Below are positions 44,386-53,649 of a stretch of 64,000 nucleotides of DNA, one piece after another. The stretch comes from an uncultured Lentisphaeraceae bacterium (GTDB taxonomy: Bacteria; Verrucomicrobiota; Kiritimatiellia; RFP12; UBA1067): NCBI GenBank assembly GCA_964406095.1, contig CAYOQJ010000120.1, positions 10,403-74,402 on the forward strand. Direction: 5' to 3'. The notes beneath the pieces were generated by a model. That model had not been told where the DNA came from, searched no databases, and saw only the letters and a program-made list of their open reading frames with translations. The stretch's first letter is position 1. Each line of letters starts with the position of its first letter. A program made the position numbers and the translations under genes.

Positions 44386-46968
44386 ATGATGTTGCGAAGA
44401 ATTATTTTTGGATTGCTGTTCTGTTGCGTTTTGATCGATCAGGTCGGCTTGGGTGCAGTAGGGCAACTGTCACTTAACGACAACTGGAAAGTCAAGCAGG
44501 TCAGAGGACGCAATTGGTATCCGGCTCAGGTGCCGGGGGTGGTGCAGAGCGACCTGATGCGCAATGATATTATTTCCGATCCTTTTGTTGGCATGAACGA
44601 ACGTGCTGTGCAATGGGTGGATAAAGAGGATTGGGTGTACGAGACCACCTTTGAGTTGGGCACCGATTTACTTGAACACGATAATCTGCGATTGGTTTTC
44701 GAGGGACTGGACACCTATGCCGATGTCTACCTGAATGAAGTGAAGGTGATTGAGGCCGATAATATGTTTCGGTGCTGGCGTGCCGGCTGCAAGGAACTCC
44801 TGTTGCCGGGTGAAAATACGCTACGGGTCTGTTTTCATTCTCCGATCAAACGCGATCTGCCCAAATTTCTAGCACTTGATTATGAGTACCCTGCGTTGAA
44901 CGATCAATCGGAAAACGGGGGGATTCTGAACTATAAAGTCAGCGTTTTCGCTCGCAAAGCAGGTTATAACTATGGTTGGGACTGGGGGCCGCGGCTGGTT
45001 ACAATGGGCATCTGGCGTCCGGTTTATCTTGAGTACTGGAATACGATGCGTCTCGAGGATGTCCATATCTCAACCTCCGAGGTTTCCAAGCGTTCCGCAC
45101 GTATCGATGTAGAAATTGAATTAGATTCACTGCGCTCCTGCTCGGGCCGGTTTCAGATCAGTAATGCGACCAGCGGTCTGATCTATGCCGAACGCCCGGT
45201 TACAATCATCCGGGGTTCCAATCGTTTTAATCAAGCTTTTATATTGAAGAATCCCCGCCTTTGGTGGAGTAACGGATTGGGAAGTCCGACGCTCTATGAT
45301 TTCAAGGTGACCGTTGTTGCTGACGGGAGGGTTTATGACAGCCGGACAGTTCCCGTCGGCATCCGTTCAATCCGCCTGGTGACCGAGCGTGATATGAATG
45401 GCAGGGGCTCAAGCTTCTATTTTGAGCTCAATGGTGAACCGGTGTTTATGAAAGGGGCCAACTATATTCCCAACGACAGCTTTATGCCTCGTGTTTCCAA
45501 AGAGCGCTATCGTAATGTAATTGCGCGTGCGGTAGATGCCAATATGAATATGCTGCGCGTCTGGGGTGGCGGCATCTACGAGGATGATTATTTTTATGAG
45601 TTGTGTGACCGCAACGGCATTCTGATCTGGCAGGATTTTATGTTTGCCTGTAGCCTCTACCCTTGCGACGATCAGATGGCTGCGAATATCCGTGCCGAAG
45701 CGGTTGATAATGTGAAAAGGCTGCGCAATCATGCCTGCATCGCCCTGTGGTGCGGCAATAACGAGATGAACGAGGGCTGGCACTGCTGGGGTTGGAAACA
45801 GCGCTTTACCAAGCTGGGTCTGGCAGATAAGGTGCTGGGGGAATATAATCGTGTTTTTCTGGATATTCTGCCCTCCGTGGTCAAGACATATGATCCCGAA
45901 ACAGACTACCGCTCGAGTTCGCCTTACAGCGACCTGTATCCCTCTGAACGTAATGACCTCTCCGGAGATCGTCACAACTGGGATGTCTGGCATGGACAGG
46001 CCCCCTTTACCGTTTATGAGCAGGCCGTTCCGCGTTTCATGAGCGAATACGGATTTCAGTCATTTCCGCAACTCTCTACCGTCAAACGCTATAATCCGGA
46101 TGAGAAACATTGGGATATTGAATCGGATGTTATGCTGGCTCATCAGCGTCATCCACGCGGCAATGAACTCATCCGCATCTACATGGAACGCAACTACCGG
46201 GAACCGAAAGATTTTGAAAGCTTTCTTTATATGAGTCAGTTGCTGCAGGCCGATGGAATGCGGCTTGCTATCGAAGCACATCGCCGCAATATGCCCTACT
46301 GTATGGGAACGCTCTACTGGCAGCACAACGACTGCTGGCCGGTGGCATCCTGGTCTACCTCGGATTATTACGGCAACTGGAAGGCCGCGCATTACAGAGT
46401 GCGTGCTGGCTTTGAAGATGTAATCGTTTCACTGACCCGCGCTGACGATCGGCTGCAGCTATATCTGGTTTCGGATCTGCGTCAGCCTCTTTCCGGTATG
46501 ATAAATTTACGGATGCTTGATCTCTCCGGTAATCTTTTGCGCGAACGCTCCGAAAAAGTCGGCCTCGGAGCCAACACCGCCAACAGAGTTCTGGATATCG
46601 ATTACTATGATTTTATGGCATCAAACGCACCGGAAAAGGTGGTGCTTCATACTACCTTTGAGTCCGGAGAGATCAGGGTACAAAGTTTAAATTTTCTCAC
46701 GCCGCTCAGGCAGGTCGATCTGCCCTTGGCATCGTTGCAAACCGATATATCGGCATTCAAGGGTGGTTTTTCAATCTGTGTGTCGAGCGATCTGTTCGCC
46801 CGCGGGGTCTATCTCTCCGTTGACCACGAAAAGCCGCTGTTTTTCAGCGATAATTACTTTGACCTTCTACCGAGAGAGAAGAAAATTGTAGTTGTGCGTA
46901 CATCGATGAGCGAGTATGAATTCCGTAGTCGGCTGCGGGTTATTTCAATGTGCGACGCTGTTGATTAA
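44386..46968 (+). CDS. glycoside hydrolase family 2 beta-mannosidase-like enzyme
   Basis: ~860 aa with a signal peptide. Pattern: WYPAQVPGVVQSDLMRNDIISDPF, NGEPVFMKGANYIPNDSF, MNMLRVWGGGIYE, WCGNNE (acid/base), SEYGFQSFP (nucleophile region). Confidence 0.85.
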   Translation: MMLRRIIFGLLFCCVLIDQVGLGAVGQLSLNDNWKVKQVRGRNWYPAQVPGVVQSDLMRNDIISDPFVGMNERAVQWVDKEDWVYETTFELGTDLLEHDNLRLVFEGLDTYADVYLNEVKVIEADNMFRCWRAGCKELLLPGENTLRVCFHSPIKRDLPKFLALDYEYPALNDQSENGGILNYKVSVFARKAGYNYGWDWGPRLVTMGIWRPVYLEYWNTMRLEDVHISTSEVSKRSARIDVEIELDSLRSCSGRFQISNATSGLIYAERPVTIIRGSNRFNQAFILKNPRLWWSNGLGSPTLYDFKVTVVADGRVYDSRTVPVGIRSIRLVTERDMNGRGSSFYFELNGEPVFMKGANYIPNDSFMPRVSKERYRNVIARAVDANMNMLRVWGGGIYEDDYFYELCDRNGILIWQDFMFACSLYPCDDQMAANIRAEAVDNVKRLRNHACIALWCGNNEMNEGWHCWGWKQRFTKLGLADKVLGEYNRVFLDILPSVVKTYDPETDYRSSSPYSDLYPSERNDLSGDRHNWDVWHGQAPFTVYEQAVPRFMSEYGFQSFPQLSTVKRYNPDEKHWDIESDVMLAHQRHPRGNELIRIYMERNYREPKDFESFLYMSQLLQADGMRLAIEAHRRNMPYCMGTLYWQHNDCWPVASWSTSDYYGNWKAAHYRVRAGFEDVIVSLTRADDRLQLYLVSDLRQPLSGMINLRMLDLSGNLLRERSEKVGLGANTANRVLDIDYYDFMASNAPEKVVLHTTFESGEIRVQSLNFLTPLRQVDLPLASLQTDISAFKGGFSICVSSDLFARGVYLSVDHEKPLFFSDNYFDLLPREKKIVVVRTSMSEYEFRSRLRVISMCDAVD

Positions 46969-47059
46969 CCCGGCTTTCTATGCTGATTCTTAGCCCAAAA
47001 ACCGGCCAGAATTGTTTGCGCTGCAAAAAACTCGGTTAAAATTGGAGATAGAGTGTAGG

Positions 47060-48790
47060 ATGTATGTGCCTTGCAAAGATGAGGTAGTTCTGCGGGGTGG
47101 TGACGGATGCTGGCTGAGTTTCAGAAATCCGCTAAGCGTTTTGCGTGCGGATAGGCATGACCAAGTCATACCAGTGCTGAATGAAGCTGCCAGTTGCGGA
47201 AAATGGGCCGTCGGGTTTGTTAGTTACGAAGCGGCCCACGCATTCGATCATGCATTTCCCGCGAGGAAAATTAATTTACCGCTGGTTTGGTTCGGTGTGT
47301 ACGATAAGCCATTGAAAATTGATCTGCCCGCAGTGCCGGAACCCGGCCCGTTGAAATGGCGGTGTGACCAGACACAACGGGAATATTCGGAAAAAGTCGC
47401 AAGAATTAAACATTATATTGCCGAGGGTGACACTTATCAGGTGAACTACACACTCAGAGTTAAGAGCTCCCTCAATGATCCCTGGCAGTTTTTTGTCAGC
47501 CGTTTGTCTAATTCGCGATTCAGTGCTTATATCAGAACTGCGGATCAAATTGTCTGCAGTTCGTCGCCCGAGCTTTTTTTTGAACTGAACAACAAGCTTG
47601 TTATCTGCCAGCCGATGAAGGGAACGGCGCGCGGCAGAGAAGACCTGCTAAATTCCGCGAAAGATCGTGCTGAAAATGTCATGATAGTGGATATGATCCG
47701 TAACGATCTCGGACGAATCTGTTCCCCGGGCTCGATTGTCGCCAATCCTCTTTTTGCGGTGGAGAGGTGGGGTGATATTCATCAGATGACCTCCACGGTC
47801 AGTGGCCTGACATCTGCCACCCTGACAGAAATTTTCGCAGCTCTTTTCCCTTGTGCTTCGATAACCGGTGCGCCTAAGTGCGCGAGCATGAAGATTATTG
47901 ATGAACTGGAATCTTCCGCCCGGGGTGTCTATTGCGGTGCTGTCGGGTATATCGCACCTGGGCGTCAGGCTTGTTTCAGTGTCGCTATCCGCACTGTGCA
48001 GATCGAACAATCCGATGGCGTTGCCACTTACGGCGCGGGGGGAGGAATTGTCTGGGCTTCACAACCCGTGGCGGAGTGGTGCGAGTGCACACTCAAAACT
48101 GAAGTGCTGCATGCGGATACTGGCGGCATTGTTGATCCGGCAGTATGCGAAGTCAGCGCGACAAACAGAGAGTACACTGAACATCGACTTGACTTTTGTC
48201 TGTTTGAAACCATGCTTTACGATAATGGAATCATGTATGTATGTGATCACATTGATCGGCTCTCCCGTTCCGCTTTGGAACTGGGGTTTAAATTAAATGT
48301 CGCAGAGTTGATTGATATACTTAATATTGTTTCCAGCGAACGGCTGCGATTAAGGTTGTCTTTGGCCTCGGACGGGCGAATCACAGTTGAATCCGAGCTG
48401 TTTCCGAAAGAGGACGAAAAGCTGCGCAAGGTCTGTTTTGCCGCTGAACCCGTTGATCCGCAGAACAGAATGCTTTATCATAAGACATCAAAGCGCGAAA
48501 TATACAATAAAGCAAAAACTGGTTTGGCCGATGTGGACGATGTTATCCTTTGGAATAAAAGGGGTGAGGTTACCGAAAGCACGGTTGCGAATGTGGTTGC
48601 AAGCATAGATGGAGAAATGATTACTCCTCCTTTACGATGCGGCTTGTTGCCGGGCACTATGCGTGCTTCTCTATTACGGGAAGGTGTGATTAAGGAAAGG
48701 GTCATCCGATGTGATGAGCTGAATAAGGCAAGGAATCTATATCTGATTAATTCTTTGCGAGGCTGGATGAATGCCGAACTTAAAAACTGA
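47060..48790 (+). CDS. bifunctional aminodeoxychorismate synthase component I / class IV aminotransferase (PabB-PabC fusion)
   Basis: Chorismate-binding motifs: GDTYQVNYT, MKGTARG, MIVDMIRNDLGR, SITGAPK, GGGIVWAS. The C-terminal ~200 aa are ADC-lyase/class IV-like (LFETMLY.., ILWNKRGEVTESTVANV, GLLPGTMR). I prefer the ATG at 47060 over the TTG at 47012. Confidence 0.8.
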   Translation: MYVPCKDEVVLRGGDGCWLSFRNPLSVLRADRHDQVIPVLNEAASCGKWAVGFVSYEAAHAFDHAFPARKINLPLVWFGVYDKPLKIDLPAVPEPGPLKWRCDQTQREYSEKVARIKHYIAEGDTYQVNYTLRVKSSLNDPWQFFVSRLSNSRFSAYIRTADQIVCSSSPELFFELNNKLVICQPMKGTARGREDLLNSAKDRAENVMIVDMIRNDLGRICSPGSIVANPLFAVERWGDIHQMTSTVSGLTSATLTEIFAALFPCASITGAPKCASMKIIDELESSARGVYCGAVGYIAPGRQACFSVAIRTVQIEQSDGVATYGAGGGIVWASQPVAEWCECTLKTEVLHADTGGIVDPAVCEVSATNREYTEHRLDFCLFETMLYDNGIMYVCDHIDRLSRSALELGFKLNVAELIDILNIVSSERLRLRLSLASDGRITVESELFPKEDEKLRKVCFAAEPVDPQNRMLYHKTSKREIYNKAKTGLADVDDVILWNKRGEVTESTVANVVASIDGEMITPPLRCGLLPGTMRASLLREGVIKERVIRCDELNKARNLYLINSLRGWMNAELKN

Positions 48791-48835
48791 TTTCTGCATA
48801 TCTGCGGGCTGTATCAACAAATAAGGAAAAAAAAT

Positions 48836-50686
48836 ATGCCAGCAAATCTAAAGACAATCTGCTCTGTGATTTCATTTGCTGCGCTCATCACGCTGATTTC
48901 GTTTGGAGCGGAGATGCGTGGCGAGGGGGGGGATGTCGATGCCTTGATGAAGGCGCTGGCTGCCGCACATGTGGCACGGAACCCGACTTTTGCCGTTCCT
49001 CCGGCTGTCTACCACTTCGGACGCCGCTCTTTCACTCTGGATGAGTTTCATAACATGGAGATCGATGCGCAGGGTTCGACCTTTATCTTTGCATTGCGCG
49101 GTGGCGGAGTCCGCCTACGACGCTGCCGTAATCTGACACTCAAAAATATCTATCTGGATATGGAGAAGCCGCCGTTTATCCAGGGCACCATTCGATCGGT
49201 TGACCGGCGTAATAGAACCATCGACTTCGCGGTTGATGATGGCTTTCCCTCTCTGGCAGAGGCGGTCTTTCCCACTAAACGGGCACGCCATGTGATTATG
49301 GATGCCGACGGTGTGCATGAAATGCCGCTGCCTGATGCGATCTGTGCCCCGCCGACCGAACTGAAATCCGGTTTGTTGCGGGCACGGGTAAACCGGCTTT
49401 TTGGTAAAGAGGGGTGCAACTTCGGCCCGGGCAACAAAATCGTGATCAATATGCGCGGTGCCGGTGGGGGGATATCGGTTTATGAATCATCGGCAGTCAC
49501 CCTCGAGGATGTGACTGTTTATGCAGCCGGTAGTTTCGCCTTTCATGAAAAGGGCAGAGCGGAGGGTGGCAATCTCTACCGACGCTGCAAGCTTGTGCCG
49601 CGCCCTGGTTCCGGCAGCATCTGGGCCGGTGCTGCCGATGCTTTCCATTCTATGAGTCAGAAGCGCGGTCCCCGCCTGGTGGACTGTGAGTTTTCCCGGG
49701 CATTCGATGACCTGATCAATATTCATGGGTTCATCAATCTGGTCATGGAAAAGCAATCCGATGATACGCTACTGCTGGCCGGCCCCTTTGGTCAGGATTT
49801 TGATCCCGGCGACACACTCAGGTTTTATCACTATCCCGACGCGGTGCCCTGCGGCGAAGCTGAGGTGGTCTCCGTCACAGCTCTCGAAAAACCGAGCGTT
49901 AAAGAGGTTGAACAACGCGCTGCCGCTTATTTTGCCGATCTTGTGAGTACGCATAATCCAGTCAGAAGTTTTCACGGTGCGCTTGTGCTGGTTAAACTTG
50001 ATCGTCCGGTGGCAGTCAAAGCCTTCGATCTGGCGGTAGCTTCAACCTATGCCTGTCGCGGTGCCGTAATTGAAAACTGCCATCTACATCATGGCCACGT
50101 ACGCGGCATCCTGATCAAAAGTCCCGAGGCTACCCTTCGCAACTGCACGATCGAGCATATCCACCGTTACGGAATCGTGCTCTTTGCCGAGCAGTATTGG
50201 ATGGAAGGACCCTTTCCGCGCGGCATTGAAATTCTGAACAACACGTTGGTGAACTGCGGCTTCTCTTCGTTGAGTGAGAGTGCCTCACTGGCCGCCTTTA
50301 GCGCCTTCGGAGTGCCGCGCCACTCTCTTGCCCATGCCTACAATATCCGCGATATCACGATCTCCGGCAATACCGTCAGAGATGCACCCGGTATCGCCGT
50401 CAAGCTGGCCAATGTCGATGGTGCTCGCATTGAGAATAATACCTTCATAAATCCGCTGTGTAAAATGCGCCAGGGGCAGAGTTTTGATTTAACCGCTGAT
50501 ATTCCGGCGGATGTCCTCAATGATGTGATGCGTACGCCCTATTACGGCATAGTCACACTAAGTAGCCGCAATGTGCAGTGTAATGGCAACCGTGCCGAAA
50601 ACACACCACCCTTCTGGCGTGATATGGTCGGAGTAGGCACCTGGTCTGAAAAGATTGAGGTTGAAATTCCCGCAGAAAAACAATAA
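48836..50686 (+). CDS. secreted right-handed parallel beta-helix repeat protein (pectin-lyase fold)
   Basis: 616 aa with a signal peptide. PbH1-like repeats are present: IENCHLHHGHVRGILIKS, LRNCTIEHIHRYGIVLFA, ILNNTLVNCGF, ISGNTVRDAPGIAVKL, IENNTFINP. Confidence 0.7.
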   Translation: MPANLKTICSVISFAALITLISFGAEMRGEGGDVDALMKALAAAHVARNPTFAVPPAVYHFGRRSFTLDEFHNMEIDAQGSTFIFALRGGGVRLRRCRNLTLKNIYLDMEKPPFIQGTIRSVDRRNRTIDFAVDDGFPSLAEAVFPTKRARHVIMDADGVHEMPLPDAICAPPTELKSGLLRARVNRLFGKEGCNFGPGNKIVINMRGAGGGISVYESSAVTLEDVTVYAAGSFAFHEKGRAEGGNLYRRCKLVPRPGSGSIWAGAADAFHSMSQKRGPRLVDCEFSRAFDDLINIHGFINLVMEKQSDDTLLLAGPFGQDFDPGDTLRFYHYPDAVPCGEAEVVSVTALEKPSVKEVEQRAAAYFADLVSTHNPVRSFHGALVLVKLDRPVAVKAFDLAVASTYACRGAVIENCHLHHGHVRGILIKSPEATLRNCTIEHIHRYGIVLFAEQYWMEGPFPRGIEILNNTLVNCGFSSLSESASLAAFSAFGVPRHSLAHAYNIRDITISGNTVRDAPGIAVKLANVDGARIENNTFINPLCKMRQGQSFDLTADIPADVLNDVMRTPYYGIVTLSSRNVQCNGNRAENTPPFWRDMVGVGTWSEKIEVEIPAEKQ

Positions 50687-50695
50687 AATCTGACC

Positions 50696-53608
50696 ATGAG
50701 AAATTCAGAGATATACTGTCGCATGGTGGCGAAACAAATTTGCTTTACCGCGTTCTGTGCGTTGACCGCGCAGGTCTGTGGGGCGGTGGATACCAGCAGC
50801 GCACCTGGAGTGGTGCTTGATCATCAGATGATTGAATATGGATGGTTTAAAACTGCGCCGGATGTTTTTATCTCCGACCCGGAGATAAAAATTCTCTCCA
50901 ACGGTGATTATCTGGCCGCACATGCGCTGGCCGGAGAATCATCCGGCTCGAGCACCTCCGGCAAAACTTCGATCTTCCGCTCGACCGACAGCGGTGCGAG
51001 TTGGGTGCAGGTGGGCCCGGAGATCACCGATTTGCTGCGTGCCAGTATGATCGAGCATAACGGTGCGGTCTATCTCATCGGTGTGAACAACGATGCCGCT
51101 GGCAACAAGGCGGTAATCGCCCGTTCCACCGATTTTGGGGCAAATTGGACCAAATCCGCGCTGTTCAGTAAAGGTGGTTCGGCAACGCCGAACAATCCGG
51201 TGGTTGCTGACGGACGTATCTGGAATGCGGCCAGCACTGCCAGCTTCTCTGCCGCCATCGATGCTGCCAATCTGCTACTCGACAGTGCCTGGATTCTCAG
51301 GGGTGGCTTTCCGGCAGTTGATGATGCCTGGCCCGGCGACTTTATCGGTGAAGGGCAGATCGCGCATTCGCCGGATATGGGCACCTTCATTATCCCCAAG
51401 GTCAAATACGAACCGCTGACCGCTCTGGCACGCGTTTGCCCGGTCTCCGGGGTTGTCGCCTTTGACCCTGACCGCGATTTTGTCGCACTGCCCGGTGGTG
51501 AAAAGAAGATCGGGGCTGGCTATGACCCGCTCTCCGGGCGGTTTTACGCCCTGACCCAGCCGATTCTGCCGGTTCACTCCGGTTCTTCAATCGCCACGGA
51601 TATGATCCGTAACAGTGCCGCCATTCTAAGTTCCAAAAATCTTTACAACTGGAGGATTGAAAGCTTCTTTCTCTATTCAAACCGTATCGATACCGACGGC
51701 TTTTGCTATATGAACTTCGATATCGACGGAGATGATATGGTGCTGGTTTCACGTACCGCGTGGCCGGTCAGCGGCACCAGCGACAACCCCAGACGCGGAC
51801 ATGACTCCAATCTGTTGACCTTCCATCGACTTGAAAATTTCCGTACAATCCGTCCCGATTATTATCTCGCCCTCAGCGGCGGCACGGTTCAACGTTTTGA
51901 ACACACACCGGACCCTCGGGATCATGATCTGCCGCATGGCGATTTCGCACTCGGCAGCAGTTTCGACGGTACGCCGCTCTCTTCAGCCGACGCTTTCGGG
52001 GCTGATTCTTCCAGCGGCGATGTCTATATTCGCGAGAGCGGCGGCAGAGTATTGCGCTTCGATGCGCTGGGCAATTACATCGGGAGTGTCGTCAGCTCTC
52101 CCGTCGCTCTGCAGACTGAATCTCTGACAATTGCTCCGCCGCCGCGCGGTGAGTGCGCCTGGTCGTGCGCCAGTTCGGGTGGCTGGATGGATCAGCTCAA
52201 CTGGTTCTACTGGGGCATACCGGGAACCGATGAGGATATCGCTGTTTTCGGCAGTGCCGCCACCGGTGCCGCTACGGTCACCCTGCCGTCTATCTCACAT
52301 GATTGGCAGTTCAACACCGATGGAGATACGGAGAAGTGGACCTCCAACAATGTCAATTTATTGGCGGCTTCCGGCGGATTGCTGAGCGGCCAGCCCGCAA
52401 CAGCCGATCCCTATATCATGCGTGACGGTCAATCGTTCTTCGGTTCTGATGTGCCAAGCGTTACAGTCCGCCTGCGAGTCAGCACAACCCGAATCTTCAA
52501 TTTGCAGTTCTACTGGGGTACGGCACAATACACCAGTTATTCGAAGGACAGGGTTGTGACCGCAACCTACAACGGCAAGGGCGAGTTCAGGGATGTTGTC
52601 TTCACTCCGGGCGGACATCAGAATTGGGATGGACAGTTGATCAAAAGCATCCGCATCGATCCGGTTAACAGCGGCACCGAAACATTTGAGATCGATTCAA
52701 TCACGGTTCAACGCCGAACCACACAGCTGAAAGGAGTGCGTTTCCGTCACAGCCATGCCTACACATTGAACGGTGAGGGCATCCTGGAGCTTAAATCTGT
52801 CAGTGGACGCAGCACAGTTGAAGCACTCAGGGGACAGCATCAGATCGCGGTGCCTGTTGTGCTGGACAATGCCACTGATTTTTATTCGGAATTTGGATCA
52901 ACCCTGAGTCTTGCAGCCGGTCTGGACCTGGCTGGCAATACGCTCTCTGTTACGGGCAGCGGATTGCTGCTGTCGGGCGATCTGACCATGAACAGCGGAG
53001 TATTGTCGGTTGAGCTGGGTTCAACGGTAACCCTCAATCCGGCTGCGATCGAGTACAGCGGTACGCTGGAATGCAGTACACCTTCAGGATTTTCTCCTGC
53101 CGCGGGCGACACATTTCAGATTCTTCAGAGTACGGGCGGAGCCTTTGCCGGCACCTTCAGCACGGTCGCTCTGCCACCACTGCCCGATGGATTGGGCTGG
53201 GACAGCGCGGAACTCTACAGCAACGGGAGCGTTTCGATTGTTCTGCAGGCTCCAACCGCCTGGCTGAGCGCGAACGATCTGCCGACCGACGGTTCCGCTG
53301 ATTTTATTGATACCGATGGCGACGGCATGGATAATTACTCCGAGTGGAAGGCCGGTACCGATCCTCGCGACAGCTCTTCCCTCTTTTTGGTCGCTCTGCC
53401 GGCTGCGCATTCAGCCGCCGGCTTCAAGGTTCAGTGGAACGGTTTGAGCGGGCGTTCATACCGGATTGAAAGAAGTACCAACCTAACGGAGTCACCACCT
53501 TTTCAGCCGCTGCAGACCGGCATCCCCGGCATCGACGGCATACTGGAATTTACGGATCAGGATATGGAAAACAATCCGGACGCATTCTATCGGATCATAA
53601 TTGAGTAA
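50696..53608 (+). CDS. large secreted multidomain protein: BNR/sialidase-like beta-propeller N-terminus, calcium-binding TSP3-like motif, C-terminal sandwich module
   Basis: 970 aa with BNR motifs STDSGASW and STDFGANW, the motif DTDGDGMDNYSEWKAGTDPRD, and the tail ...GRSYRIERSTNL...DAFYRIIIE. Confidence 0.75.
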   Translation: MRNSEIYCRMVAKQICFTAFCALTAQVCGAVDTSSAPGVVLDHQMIEYGWFKTAPDVFISDPEIKILSNGDYLAAHALAGESSGSSTSGKTSIFRSTDSGASWVQVGPEITDLLRASMIEHNGAVYLIGVNNDAAGNKAVIARSTDFGANWTKSALFSKGGSATPNNPVVADGRIWNAASTASFSAAIDAANLLLDSAWILRGGFPAVDDAWPGDFIGEGQIAHSPDMGTFIIPKVKYEPLTALARVCPVSGVVAFDPDRDFVALPGGEKKIGAGYDPLSGRFYALTQPILPVHSGSSIATDMIRNSAAILSSKNLYNWRIESFFLYSNRIDTDGFCYMNFDIDGDDMVLVSRTAWPVSGTSDNPRRGHDSNLLTFHRLENFRTIRPDYYLALSGGTVQRFEHTPDPRDHDLPHGDFALGSSFDGTPLSSADAFGADSSSGDVYIRESGGRVLRFDALGNYIGSVVSSPVALQTESLTIAPPPRGECAWSCASSGGWMDQLNWFYWGIPGTDEDIAVFGSAATGAATVTLPSISHDWQFNTDGDTEKWTSNNVNLLAASGGLLSGQPATADPYIMRDGQSFFGSDVPSVTVRLRVSTTRIFNLQFYWGTAQYTSYSKDRVVTATYNGKGEFRDVVFTPGGHQNWDGQLIKSIRIDPVNSGTETFEIDSITVQRRTTQLKGVRFRHSHAYTLNGEGILELKSVSGRSTVEALRGQHQIAVPVVLDNATDFYSEFGSTLSLAAGLDLAGNTLSVTGSGLLLSGDLTMNSGVLSVELGSTVTLNPAAIEYSGTLECSTPSGFSPAAGDTFQILQSTGGAFAGTFSTVALPPLPDGLGWDSAELYSNGSVSIVLQAPTAWLSANDLPTDGSADFIDTDGDGMDNYSEWKAGTDPRDSSSLFLVALPAAHSAAGFKVQWNGLSGRSYRIERSTNLTESPPFQPLQTGIPGIDGILEFTDQDMENNPDAFYRIIIE

Positions 53609-53649
53609 AACACAGGGTCAGTCTTTTTAATAAGAGGTGACGTTATGGT

